From Candidatus Aminicenantes bacterium (lineage in GTDB: Bacteria > Acidobacteriota > Aminicenantia > UBA2199): 64,000 nt of DNA. A program made the translations under genes and the position numbers. How positions within the stretch are numbered: position 1 is the stretch's first letter; every line of letters begins with the position of its first letter. Positions 19,306 to 29,666 of the stretch are shown here, piece by piece. The notes beneath the pieces were generated by a model. The model saw only the letters and a program-made list of their open reading frames with translations, was not told the DNA's origin and did not search any database. Where the stretch lies: assembly GCA_963759765.1 (NCBI GenBank), contig CAVXAL010000003.1, forward strand, positions 939,409 to 1,003,408, given 5' to 3'.

Positions 19306-21971
19306 TTAAGTTAGGGCGGCTCCTAAAAAAAATCAATTACCAGATCCCAGTAGAATTCGTCACGTCATACGAATCGAGCCTTCAGGAAATCCGACGTGCC
19401 AGGCTGATCCCAATTTTCTTTTTTAGCATCATACTGATTCCGGCAGCGGTCATTTTCGACAACTTGATTTTCCATACGCTCTGGCGTCGACTTTTCACTG
19501 TTCGCTTAATTTCCATGGCAATCTGCACAGGGCTTTATTTCTTGACCACCAAAATCCCCCTGAAAAACTATCCCCGAGCCATGTGCCAGGTGCTAAGCGT
19601 GGTTGTGGCCACCACCATTGCCTATTTGAGTTACTTAACAGGAGCATTTGAGAGTCCCTATTACGCTGGCCAGATTCTGCTATTCATCAGTATGGCCATG
19701 ATCATGCCATTGGGAATGGTCGGCTCTCTCTTTGCCGGATTTATGATATTGATCATTCATTATGGTATTAACCTGCTGCCGGCCTTGCTTGCCCATCAGG
19801 CAGTAGTTTGGCCATTGGTCTGGAACAGCATCTATTTTTTAACTTTTTCGTTTGGCATGGCCCTCATCGCTTCGCAGATGTTGGAACACAACCGCCGACA
19901 GATTTTTATCAAGACCGAAGAAGAAACTATCCGCAACAAGAAGCTGGAGGAATCGCGACGGCAGATTGACGCCCTCTCCAAGACCAAGAACCGCTTCATC
20001 TCCAACATCACCCACGAATTGAAGACACCGCTCTCAATTGTGATCGGCAACACCGACATCATCCTCGAACGGGCCGAACTCCTCGACGAGGCGATGACCA
20101 ACCAGCTGCAGATCGTCCAGCAGGCGGCCTTCCAGCTGGCCACCCATGTCGACCGCATCATCGCCGTCTCCACCGCCGACGACCCGGAGCTGAAGCTGCT
20201 GACCGAGAACTACGACTATGGCGGCGTGGTGCGCAACATTTTCAATCTCTTCGAGCCCAAGGCCAGCGACGAGGACATCACCTACACCCTCAACCTGCCC
20301 CTGCAGACGCTGGTGGCCAATATCGACGTGGTGCGCATCGAGGAAGTGCTCAACAACCTGATCCAGAACGCCTTCAAATTCTCCTCGGCCGGGGGGAATA
20401 TCAACGTCACCGTGTCCACGGACGGGCAGTGGATCTACACCGAAGTTTCGGATACCGGCGTGGGCATCCCCGAGAGCCGCCAGGGGGAGATCTTCGAGCG
20501 GCTATACCAAGCCGACGAGGTCCTTTCCAAGCGCCACGGCGGCATCGGCCTGGGGCTCTACCTCTGCAAGCGCAACGTCGAACTGCACGGCGGCGCGATC
20601 ACCGTCCATTCGAGCGCCGGCAAGGGCAGCTCCTTCAAGTATACCCTGCCGCTGCACATCAACCAGACCAGCGAGGTCAAGAACCGGCCCTATGTTGGGA
20701 CCGAACAGCGCTCCCAGGCCGAGCGCCGCACCGGCATGGACCGCCGCATGGCCGAGCGCCAGAGACGCTTCGAATACCAGCAGACCCTGGGCCTGGACGA
20801 CCTGGCCAAGATGACCTTTGTCGAAGATATCCACAACTACGAGAACATCAAGCCGGCCGAACCCACCGTGCTCATCGTCGAGGACAATCCGCGCATGATG
20901 AAGGTCATCGCCGAGGCGCTGTGCGACGATTACAACCTGATGCTGGCCCTCACCGGCCAGGAGGCGCTGGAGAAGCTGCAGAAATATCCCGGCCGCATCT
21001 CGCTCATCCTCTCTGACATCATGATGCCCGGCATGAGCGGCTTCGATTTCTGCAAGACGGTGATGGCCACGCCCGAGTGGAAGAACATCCCGCTGATCTT
21101 CGTCACCGCCTTGATGAAGGAGGATGACCAGCTGCGCGGCTTCGCCCTCGGCGCCACCGACTACATCGTCAAGCCCTACAACATCAAGATCCTGCGGGAA
21201 AAGGTGGGCCACTGGATTTCCCGGCGCCAGTACGAGTCGCTGCTCCAGGACATGTCCACCTCGCTGGAGACGCGGGTCAAGGAGATCTCGCGCATCAAGG
21301 ACATCATCCTGCACGAGATCCGCAATCCGCTGCAGCTGATCGGCGGAGCCGACTTCTATTTGCGGCGCATGGGCAACACCCTGTTCAAGGCCTCGGCCGA
21401 GGAGGAGCGCAAGTGGAAGAAGAGCCTGAAGATGCTCGGCCAGGGGATCGAGTCGATCAAGTCGGTGCTGGAGACCTCCCAGAGCCTGGAAGAGTTGGGG
21501 CTCTCCTCCAAGAAACCGGAGCCGGTCTCGACGCTTTTCGACGAGGCCCTCGCCCAGTGCCAGCACCTGCTCAAGGGCATCGACCTGCACAAGGATCTGC
21601 GGGTGATGGCCCACAAGACGGTCCTCTGCAACAAGAAGATGCTTTCCCAGGTGTTCGTCAACCTCATCCGCAATGCCGCCGAAGCCATCCGCGAGAAAGT
21701 TCCCGCTGAGGCGGGGGTGATCCGCATCGCCTCGATCAAGCAGGATGAGGAGACGCTGCTGCTGCGCGTCGAAGACAACGGCATCGGCATCGCGCCGGAG
21801 GCCAAGGAACAGCTGTTCCGTTTCCGCTTCACCACCAAGAAAGACGGCATGGGTGTGGGGCTGCACCTTTCCAAGATCGTCCTCAAGATGCATGAGGGCA
21901 ACATCGACGTCGAGTCGGAGCCGGGAAAAGGCACGGCCTTCATCATCACCCTGCCCGTGCAGAATACCTGA
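19302..21971 (+). CDS. Hybrid sensor kinase TM-HisKA-HATPase-REC-HisKA-HATPase (PhcS-PhcR-like fusion)
   Basis: About 5-6 TM; ITHELKTPL, NAFKF, DTGVG, GIGLGL; VEDN..SDIMMP..VKP; LHEIRNPL, NAAEA, DNGIG, GMGVGL; ATGA overlap with upstream gene. Confidence 0.92.
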   Translation: MIKLGRLLKKINYQIPVEFVTSYESSLQEIRRARLIPIFFFSIILIPAAVIFDNLIFHTLWRRLFTVRLISMAICTGLYFLTTKIPLKNYPRAMCQVLSVVVATTIAYLSYLTGAFESPYYAGQILLFISMAMIMPLGMVGSLFAGFMILIIHYGINLLPALLAHQAVVWPLVWNSIYFLTFSFGMALIASQMLEHNRRQIFIKTEEETIRNKKLEESRRQIDALSKTKNRFISNITHELKTPLSIVIGNTDIILERAELLDEAMTNQLQIVQQAAFQLATHVDRIIAVSTADDPELKLLTENYDYGGVVRNIFNLFEPKASDEDITYTLNLPLQTLVANIDVVRIEEVLNNLIQNAFKFSSAGGNINVTVSTDGQWIYTEVSDTGVGIPESRQGEIFERLYQADEVLSKRHGGIGLGLYLCKRNVELHGGAITVHSSAGKGSSFKYTLPLHINQTSEVKNRPYVGTEQRSQAERRTGMDRRMAERQRRFEYQQTLGLDDLAKMTFVEDIHNYENIKPAEPTVLIVEDNPRMMKVIAEALCDDYNLMLALTGQEALEKLQKYPGRISLILSDIMMPGMSGFDFCKTVMATPEWKNIPLIFVTALMKEDDQLRGFALGATDYIVKPYNIKILREKVGHWISRRQYESLLQDMSTSLETRVKEISRIKDIILHEIRNPLQLIGGADFYLRRMGNTLFKASAEEERKWKKSLKMLGQGIESIKSVLETSQSLEELGLSSKKPEPVSTLFDEALAQCQHLLKGIDLHKDLRVMAHKTVLCNKKMLSQVFVNLIRNAAEAIREKVPAEAGVIRIASIKQDEETLLLRVEDNGIGIAPEAKEQLFRFRFTTKKDGMGVGLHLSKIVLKMHEGNIDVESEPGKGTAFIITLPVQNT

Positions 21972-21982
21972 GCACCAGGGCC

Positions 21983-22447
21983 ATGGAACCCAGGCGCTGG
22001 TTGAAATCCGTTGCCATTCCGGCGCTGGGGGTTCTTCTTTTCTGGTCCTGCATGGTGCGGACCGCGCCGACACCGCCCGACCTGTTGCGCCAGAAGATCA
22101 GCAAACTGGCCCTGCATCTGGCCGGCATCCCTTACCGCAGCGGCGGCAACGATATCGAAGGCTTCGACTGCAGCGGGTTTGTCGCCTATGTCTACGACTG
22201 TTTCGGCGTGAAGCTGCCGCGCAGCGCCAAAGAACAGGCCAAGCTGAAATGCTTGGTGTCGCTGACCAAGGCCCGGCCGGCCGATATTCTGGCCTTCCGC
22301 ATTCAGCGCGGCTGGCACACGGCCATTTTCCTGGGCGAAAACCGCTTCGCCCATGCGCCAACGGAAAACAGCACTGTACGTTTGGAAACCCTCAACGGAT
22401 TCTGGCTGCACCGTCTGCGCAAGGTCATCGACGTGCTCGGCCACTGA
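21983..22447 (+). CDS. NlpC/P60 (C40) peptidase lipoprotein
   Basis: Lipobox-like FWSC; GIPYRSGG, GFDCSG, HTAIF..HA. Confidence 0.88.
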   Translation: MEPRRWLKSVAIPALGVLLFWSCMVRTAPTPPDLLRQKISKLALHLAGIPYRSGGNDIEGFDCSGFVAYVYDCFGVKLPRSAKEQAKLKCLVSLTKARPADILAFRIQRGWHTAIFLGENRFAHAPTENSTVRLETLNGFWLHRLRKVIDVLGH

Positions 22448-22450
22448 AAA

Positions 22451-23133
22451 ATGAAGGAGATCGTGCTGCACGTCGACGGAATCAGCAAAAGTTTTCTCCA
22501 ACCCGACCGCCAGCGGCTGGTCATCTTGCAGGGCCTATTTCTGCAGGTGGCCCGCGGCAGCATCGTGGCCATCAGCGGCGCCTCCGGCTCGGGCAAGAGC
22601 ACTCTGTTGCACCTGGTGGGTTCCTGGACCGGCCCGATACGGGCCGCATCCTGTTTGAGGGCCAGGATATCTTCCAGCTCAGCGGTAAAAAACTCTCCTT
22701 GTTTCGCAACCAGACGCTGGGCTTCGTCTTCCAGTTCCATTACCTTATGCCCGAGTTGAGCGTGCTGGAAAACGTGGCCGCGCCTTATCTGATGCGGCGC
22801 TTCCGCACGGCCGATGCCCTGGTTGCGGCCGCGGAACTGCTGGCTGCCGTGGGACTGGCCGAGAAGCACGCTTGCATGCCGCACCAGCTTTCCGGCGGAG
22901 AGAAGCAGCGGGCGGCCATCGCCCGCAGCCTGATCAACGGTCCGCGCCTGCTGCTGGCCGATGAGCCCACGGGCAACCTGGACTGGAAAACGGGCGAAGC
23001 GGTTTTCAACCTGTTCAAATCCCTGATCCGTGAGCGCGGGTTGACCGCGCTGATCGCCACCCACAACCCCCAGCTGGCTGCCCTCAGCGACGAGCGTTTC
23101 CTGCTGGCCAACGGCAGCCTGCAGCGGTTGTGA
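22451..23133 (+). CDS. lolD: Lipoprotein-releasing ABC transporter ATP-binding protein (frameshift near 22620)
   Basis: GASGSGKST, GFVFQFHYL, LSGGEKQR, LADEPTGNLD. Confidence 0.8.
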
Positions 23134-23188
23134 TATAATAAAATGGAAACTGAGCAGCAATCGTTCGGCGGCTCAAGAGGAGGTAGGG

Positions 23189-24465
23189 ATGCCCGAAGTG
23201 CTGGCGGTGATTCTGGGCGGCGGGCGGGGCGCGCGGCTCTTTCCCCTGACCAGATACCGGGCCAAACCCGCGGTGCCCATCGGCGGCAAGTTCCGCCTGA
23301 TCGACATCCCCATCTCCAACTGCCTGCACTGGGACATCAAGAAGATCATGGTGCTGACCCAGTTCAACACCGCTTCCCTGCACCGGCACATCACGCAAAC
23401 CTACCGCTTCGACAGCTTTTCCGAGGGTTTCCTGCAGATCCTGGCCGCCCAGCAGACCATCGGAGAACTCCGACTGGTACCAGGGCACGGCCGACGCCGT
23501 GCGCAAGAACATCCAGCTACATCAAGAACCAGCGGGTCGGATTATGTGGTCATTCTCTCCGGCGACCAGCTCTACCGCATCAACCTGCGTGAGTTCCTGC
23601 AGCGCCACCGGGAACGGAAAGCCGACATCTCCATCGCCGTCAAGCCGATCACGCGCGCCCGCACCCACGAATTCGGCATCATGCAGATCGACGACCAACA
23701 GCAGATCACCCGTTTCGTGGAGAAACCGGCCGGCAAGGACGCTGCTGGCCGAGCTGTTTACCCCGGATGAATACCTGGGTTTGAAAGACGAGGGGTTGAA
23801 CTATATCGCCTCCATGGGCATCTACATTTTCAACACCGACGTGCTGATCGAGGTGCTGGAAAACAACAGTCAAGGAGGACTTCGGACGCCAAATCATCCC
23901 GGACGCCATCGGCAGCCACCGGGTCTTCGCTTACGTGTTCAACGATTACTGGGAGGACATCGGCACGATCAGGGCCTTTTTCGAGGCCAACCTCGATTTC
24001 GCCAACCCCATGCCGCATTTCAATTTTTACGACGAGGAGGCGCCCATCTACACGCGCAAGCGCTTTCTGCCCGGTTCCAAGATCGAAAACTGCGACGTCC
24101 ACTATTCGCTGATTTCGGACGGTTCGATCATCGAAGGCGGCAAGCTGGCCAATACGGTCATCGGCATGCGTTCGGTCATCCGCGCCAACTCTTACCTGGA
24201 GCGGGTGGTGATGATGGGTGCCGATTTCTACGAGATGGAGGAAGAGATGCAGGAGAACGTCCGCCATGGCCGGCCTCCGGTCGGGGTGGGGTACAACGCC
24301 ATCATCAAGAACGCCATTCTGGATAAAAATGTTCGCCTGGGCGAAAACGTGCGCATCGTCAACGAGCAAGGATTGCAGGACTTTACGGCTGAGCGCTATC
24401 AGATCGTCGACGGGATCGTGGTCATCCCCAAGGACATGGAGATCCCCGACGGTTTTGTCATCTGA
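23189..24465 (+). CDS. glgC: Glucose-1-phosphate adenylyltransferase (several frameshifts)
   Basis: ILGGGRGARL, RAKPAVPIGG, WYQGTADAVR, ILSGDQLY, ASMGIY, YWEDIGT spread over three frames. Confidence 0.92.
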
Positions 24466-24510
24466 TCCCTGAATCGCCCGTTGGCCAACGAACTTCAATG
24501 AGGAGGAACG

Positions 24511-26665
24511 ATGTTAAGACGATTCGCCGTTTTCGTGCTGGTTTTCTTTTCGTTCCTGCTGATTGCCAAGGAGAGATTGACGCTGGACCAGGCGCTCTAT
24601 AACCGGGGCGAAGCGCTGACCCTGCCGCTGCCCTCCATTTCCGGCTGGGCCGACGACAGCCACTATATCCAGATCCGGGGCGGCCAGCTCTTTCGGGTCG
24701 AGGCGCGCAGCGGCCAAGCGACGCTGGTTCTCGACACGGCGCAATACCCGGCCCTGGGCCAGGCCGACCTCGATTTGCTGGCCGCCGAAGACTACACCCC
24801 GGACTGGAACCGCTTCGTTTTCCTCAAGGACGGCGATCTGCACCTGTTCCTGCGACCACTCAAGCGGTTGCAGAGGATCAGCGAGACCGCGGGCGAGGAG
24901 AAAAATCCGTGCTTCTCTCCGGACGGTACCCGGCTGGCCTACACCCTGAGCGGCAATCTCTATGTCTATGACATGGAGCAGCAGAAGAGCACGCCGCTGA
25001 CCGAGGACGGCAGCGAGGAGATTCTCAACGGCTACGCGTCCTGGGTCTATTACGAGGAAGTTCTGGGACGGTCCAGCCACTACCGGTCGTTCTGGTGGAG
25101 CCCCGACAGCCGTAAGATCGCTTTCCTGCGTTTCGACCAAACGGCGGTTCCCGTTTTTCCCATTTTCAATGCCGAAGGGATTTACGGCACGCTGGAGAAG
25201 CAGCGTTATCCAAAACCCGGCTTTCCCAATCCCCGGGTCAAGCTGGGCATCGTGGACCTGGCCAGCCGCAAGCTGGAGTGGATCGTGCCGAATGGAAAAG
25301 AAGACGATTACCTGACCTTTCCCGTCTGGAACCAGAGCCTCCGATCGCCTTTACTTCCAGTGGCTGAACCGCAACCAAAACCAGATGAAAATCCTGCGCT
25401 ACGACCTGGCCGGCCGGACGCTGCAAACGGTCTATGAAGAGCAGCAGGCATGCTGGATCGATTTTTTCGAGAACAACGATTTCCTGCTGCTGGCCGACGA
25501 GAGCTTGCTGCTGCGCAGCTCCAAGGACGGCTGGTTTCACATCTATCGCATTGCCAATGGCCGCCAGGAGCAGCTGACCTCCGGTCCCTGGTCGGTCAAG
25601 AGCGTCGAGGTTGCGGATCGCCAGAAGGACCTGATCCTGTTCAGCGCCGCCAAGGAAGATTCCACGGAAACCGATTTTTACCGCACCTCCTTCAAGGGCG
25701 GCACTCCCCGCCGGCTCAGCACCGAGCCGGGCACCCACAGCGTCACGGTGTCGCCGCGCGGTTCTTATTTCATCGACCGCCATTCGAATCTGCAAACCCC
25801 CGAGCGCCTGGAGTTGTTCGACCTGGGCGGTCGACTGACGCGCATTCTGGGCGAAAGCCGCTCCGCGGCTCTGGATAAATACGGTCTGGCAAAAGTCGAG
25901 CTGTTCCGCATCCCCACCGAGGACGGGTACAAACTGCCCGCGCTCTGGTATCTGCCCGCTGAACTCGACCGCAGCAAGAAGTACCCGGTGATCATGTTCG
26001 AATACGGCGGTCCCGGTTCGCAGGATGTAGCGAACCGTTTTGCCGGGGATATCCGGAAGCATTTCCTGGCCCAGGAGGGGATCATTTCCCTGGCTGTCGA
26101 CCACCGCGGTTCCAGCCATTTCGGCAAGCAGGGAATGGAGCGGATGTACCGCAACCTGGGCAAGTGGGAGATGAACGACTACATCCAGGCGGTCAAGTAC
26201 CTGCGCACGCTCCCCTTTGTCGACCCGGAGCGCATCGGCATCACGGGCGGCAGCTACGGCGGCTACGTGACGGCCCTGGCCTTGACCTGCGCCTCGGACT
26301 ATTTCAAATACGGCATCGCCGAATCGTCGGTCATCGACTGGGCGCTCTACGATTCTGTTTACACCGAGCGCTACATGGGCCTGCCAGCGGAGAACCCCGA
26401 GGGCTACCAGAGCAGTTCCGTGCTGAACTACATCGACAAGTACCGGGGCGGGCTGCGCATCACCCACGGCTCCCTGGACGACAACGTGCACATGCAGAAC
26501 ACCATCCAGTTCATCAGCCGGGTGCTCGACGCCGGCAAGACGGTGGAACTGATGATCTATCCGGGCGATCGCCACGGCTTACGCGGCGCCCACCGGCAGG
26601 AGGACCAGAAGTCCAATCTCAATTTCTGGTTCCGCAGTTTTTACGGCAAGAAGATCGCCGAGTAA
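24511..26665 (+). CDS. Dipeptidyl peptidase IV-like S9B peptidase, exported (frameshift near 25340)
   Basis: WVYYEE, YPKPG, GGSYGG, DDNVH, RHG; signal peptide. Confidence 0.92.
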
Positions 26666-26686
26666 CGGGAGCAAGGAGAGGCAACC

Positions 26687-27337
26687 ATGGAACTGGACAT
26701 CTTCCTAAAAATCATCCTGGCCGCGCTGCTGGGAGGCATCATCGGTCTGGAGCGCGAACTTTCGCACAAGGAAGCCGGGCTGCGCACCAACATCCTGATC
26801 GCCATGGGCAGCGCCCTAATCACCATTCTCTCCTTCAAGTTCGCCGAGGTGGGCAAGGGCGGCGATCCCGGCCGATTGGCCGCGCAGATTGTCACCGGCA
26901 TCGGCTTTCTCGGAGCCGGCGCCATTATCCAGGCCCGGCTGGCCGTTCACGGCCTGACCACGGCGGCCACCATCTGGACCGTGTCGGCCATTGGCATGAC
27001 GGTCGGCTACGGCCTCTACACGCTCGGCCTGTTCATGACCCTGCTGGTGGTTGTTGTGCTGACCGCGTTCAAGTATTTCGCTCTGGCCCTGGAAAGGCAG
27101 CGCAAAACTTATACCTACCTGGTCAGCACCGAAGACCGAGCCGCCATCCTCTTCGAAATCCGCTCCATTTTGACCGAGCTGAACGTCAAATCCCTGAGCT
27201 CCAGGCTGAGTAAAAACAGGGACGGTTACGAATTCGAGATCACCTTCAGCACCTCGGAGAACAAAAACCAGGAGTTCGTGGGGAAAGTGATGCCTTTGCA
27301 GGGTGTCCGCGAGATTGTCAGCGAAAGCTTCTTATAA
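26687..27337 (+). CDS. MgtC/SapB family protein
   Basis: IGLERE, AGLRT, DPGRLAAQIVTGIGFLGAG, GLTTAATIW. Confidence 0.92.
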   Translation: MELDIFLKIILAALLGGIIGLERELSHKEAGLRTNILIAMGSALITILSFKFAEVGKGGDPGRLAAQIVTGIGFLGAGAIIQARLAVHGLTTAATIWTVSAIGMTVGYGLYTLGLFMTLLVVVVLTAFKYFALALERQRKTYTYLVSTEDRAAILFEIRSILTELNVKSLSSRLSKNRDGYEFEITFSTSENKNQEFVGKVMPLQGVREIVSESFL

Positions 27338-27360
27338 AAAAAGGTCGCTCCGGACCGAAA

Positions 27361-28905
27361 TCAGAACCGAGGCAGCACAGGCCTGGAAACGTAAACCACC
27401 ATGTCACGGAGGTATACGTCAGCCTGTTCGCCTGGATTGAGCAGTTTCAGGCGCAGCCGGTGCGAACCGTCGCTGAGCCCGTAATTCCAGAACAGGGTCG
27501 GCCGGCGGCTGAGAAAAGCGGTGGGAAGGGAAATTGGTTCTGGCGGGCCATCGTCAATGCTCATCTCCACCTGCAGCACGTGGTCGCGTTGATCCAGGCT
27601 GCGGGTTTCTCCGTTGATGGCGAAACCGCAGCCGCTGAACTCCAGCACGGATTCGGCCGGCAGGCGCTCGCCAAGTTGCCTGCGCTCTTCAGGGAAATGG
27701 CCGGCAAAACCCTGTTCCAGAGGCAGGGCCGGAGCCTGCTGCAGGCGGATGCGCACGCGATTGCCTTGAATCTGGCCGTTGTTTCGTTGGACCATAGCCA
27801 GGGCGTGCTTCAGGGAAAGGGAATAGGCGTCATTCAGGCAGAGCGGCGTGCCGGAAAAGGGGAGGGATTCGACTGCGCTTAACCCCTGCTTCCAGAAAGC
27901 GGGAATGGCCGAATAGCCGAGCAGAGTTCCCAGGATGCCGCCCGCGGTGGCGGCATTGCAGTCGGCATCGTCGCCACAGCGGGCGCTGATAGACAGGGTT
28001 TTACCGTAGTCGCAATTGCCGTAGAGCAGGCCCAGCAGCACCCAGGCGACATTGATCTTGGCGTCAATGTCAAAGGGGTGAAAGACACCCTCCGGGCAGC
28101 CGAGATCCTCGCCCCATTTGCGCTGCACCTTGAACCAAGTCTGCTTCCAGTCAGACGGATTCTCTTTATGCCAGCGCAGCACGTCGGCAATGAGCCGGCC
28201 GACTCCGCTTTCAACAGGTATGACTCTGGCCGCTTGCACAGCGATATGGCGGATATCGTTTCTGACAAAGGCCAGCGAGTACATGGCTGCCACGTACACG
28301 CCGCTGTACCAGCCGTCGCCATAGTTCATAATGTGACCAATTCGGTCACATATTTGCGCCGAACTCCGCACCATGCCCGGACACATCAAGCCGGCGAAAT
28401 CCGCTTCGATCTGAAAGTCGATATCGTCGGCATGGGGATTGTTCAACCAGTGCCCCGAGGCAGGCGGCATCATTCCTTTGAGGATGTTGTAGCGGGCAGC
28501 CTGGTTGGCGTGCCAGAGGGGGTAAGGCGAGCGGGCAAATGCTTTTGCAAATAAAGAAGCCGGAGCATCCAGTCCCTCTTTTTCCATGGTGGCCACGAAG
28601 GTCAGGTTCATGTAGATGTCGTCGTAGAGCCCGGGCGATTTTTCAAAACTCTTTTGCAAAAGTCCCTTGGTCCAGGGCAAGGGCACATAATCTTGCACGA
28701 TGGATCCCTGGAACAGGAATTCAACGGGTCCGCCAAAAGTGCAGCCTATGGTTTTGCCTGCCCAGCCGCCCTTGATCTTGTCCTGCAACGTCTCTTTGCT
28801 GAGCTCGACATATTCCGGGTTTACCCGCCTGATCTGCTGAATGATCAATGCGGTTATGGAAAAAATCAGAATGCCCAAAAATAAAACAACGCCCCATTTC
28901 TTCAT
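27361..28905 (-). CDS. ADP-ribosylglycohydrolase-family protein with N-terminal membrane anchor
   Basis: DKIKGGWAG, YDDIY, DDIDFQIEAD, GDDADCNAATAGG. Confidence 0.85.
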   Translation of the reverse strand: MKKWGVVLFLGILIFSITALIIQQIRRVNPEYVELSKETLQDKIKGGWAGKTIGCTFGGPVEFLFQGSIVQDYVPLPWTKGLLQKSFEKSPGLYDDIYMNLTFVATMEKEGLDAPASLFAKAFARSPYPLWHANQAARYNILKGMMPPASGHWLNNPHADDIDFQIEADFAGLMCPGMVRSSAQICDRIGHIMNYGDGWYSGVYVAAMYSLAFVRNDIRHIAVQAARVIPVESGVGRLIADVLRWHKENPSDWKQTWFKVQRKWGEDLGCPEGVFHPFDIDAKINVAWVLLGLLYGNCDYGKTLSISARCGDDADCNAATAGGILGTLLGYSAIPAFWKQGLSAVESLPFSGTPLCLNDAYSLSLKHALAMVQRNNGQIQGNRVRIRLQQAPALPLEQGFAGHFPEERRQLGERLPAESVLEFSGCGFAINGETRSLDQRDHVLQVEMSIDDGPPEPISLPTAFLSRRPTLFWNYGLSDGSHRLRLKLLNPGEQADVYLRDMVVYVSRPVLPRF

Positions 28906-29038
28906 TCTGCCTCCCGGTTATGGCATGCTGCCCGCCGGACTCATCTTATTGGAAATGGTGCGCTTGATCAAGATGCCCGGAACAGCGGATTGAACCTTTG
29001 TGATGCCTGTGTTATGAATGAGATTAGCGACAATGGGC

Positions 29039-29641
29039 ATGCGAGTCTTTGAATTGCTTCTGGCCAGCGCCAATCCCAATAAAGTTCTGGAAATCGAGCA
29101 AATCCTGGCTGAAGCGCTGCCGCAAATCATGCTCTGTTCACTCTTGGAAAAAGGAATTCAGGAGAAGGCGCCCGAGCACGGCTCCACTTTCTTGGAAATC
29201 GCCCGCGAGAAAGCGCTGTTTTACAGCCGCCTGACTCCCCTCTACACGCTGGCCGAGGATTCGGGCCTGGAAGTGGCTGCCCTGGGCAACCGGCCGGGGA
29301 TCCATTCTGCCCGCTACGCCGGGGAGGGGGCCAGCGACGAGGAGCGCATCGCCAAGCTGCTGACCGAGATGCGCAACATCAATGAGCGCCGCGCCCGGTT
29401 CGTGGCCGCGTTCTGCCTGGCTCTGAACGGCAAGCTCGTGCAGCAGTTCCAGGGCGAGGCGCAGGGCGAGATCCTGGAGCGGCCCAGGGGCAAAAACGGC
29501 TTTGGCTATGACCCAGTTTTCTATTATCTGCCGCTGAGAAAAACTTTTGCCGAGATGGCTCCAGAACAAAAAAACCGCGTCTCCCACCGCGCCCAGGCTT
29601 TATCCCAGGTCAAGAAATTTCTCAGCTTCTATCCTATTTAA
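29039..29641 (+). CDS. rdgB: Non-canonical purine NTP pyrophosphatase (Ham1)
   Basis: ASANPNK, EDSGL, PGIHSARY, GFGYDP, KNRVSHR. Confidence 0.93.
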   Translation: MRVFELLLASANPNKVLEIEQILAEALPQIMLCSLLEKGIQEKAPEHGSTFLEIAREKALFYSRLTPLYTLAEDSGLEVAALGNRPGIHSARYAGEGASDEERIAKLLTEMRNINERRARFVAAFCLALNGKLVQQFQGEAQGEILERPRGKNGFGYDPVFYYLPLRKTFAEMAPEQKNRVSHRAQALSQVKKFLSFYPI

Positions 29642-29666
29642 TAAAGTTCAAAATCAAATGAGTCGG

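Noticed and set aside
17294-21971. tRNA-anchored genomic island
   Set aside because: No integrase and no duplicated tRNA 3' end was seen, and parts of the cassette have host-like codon usage.
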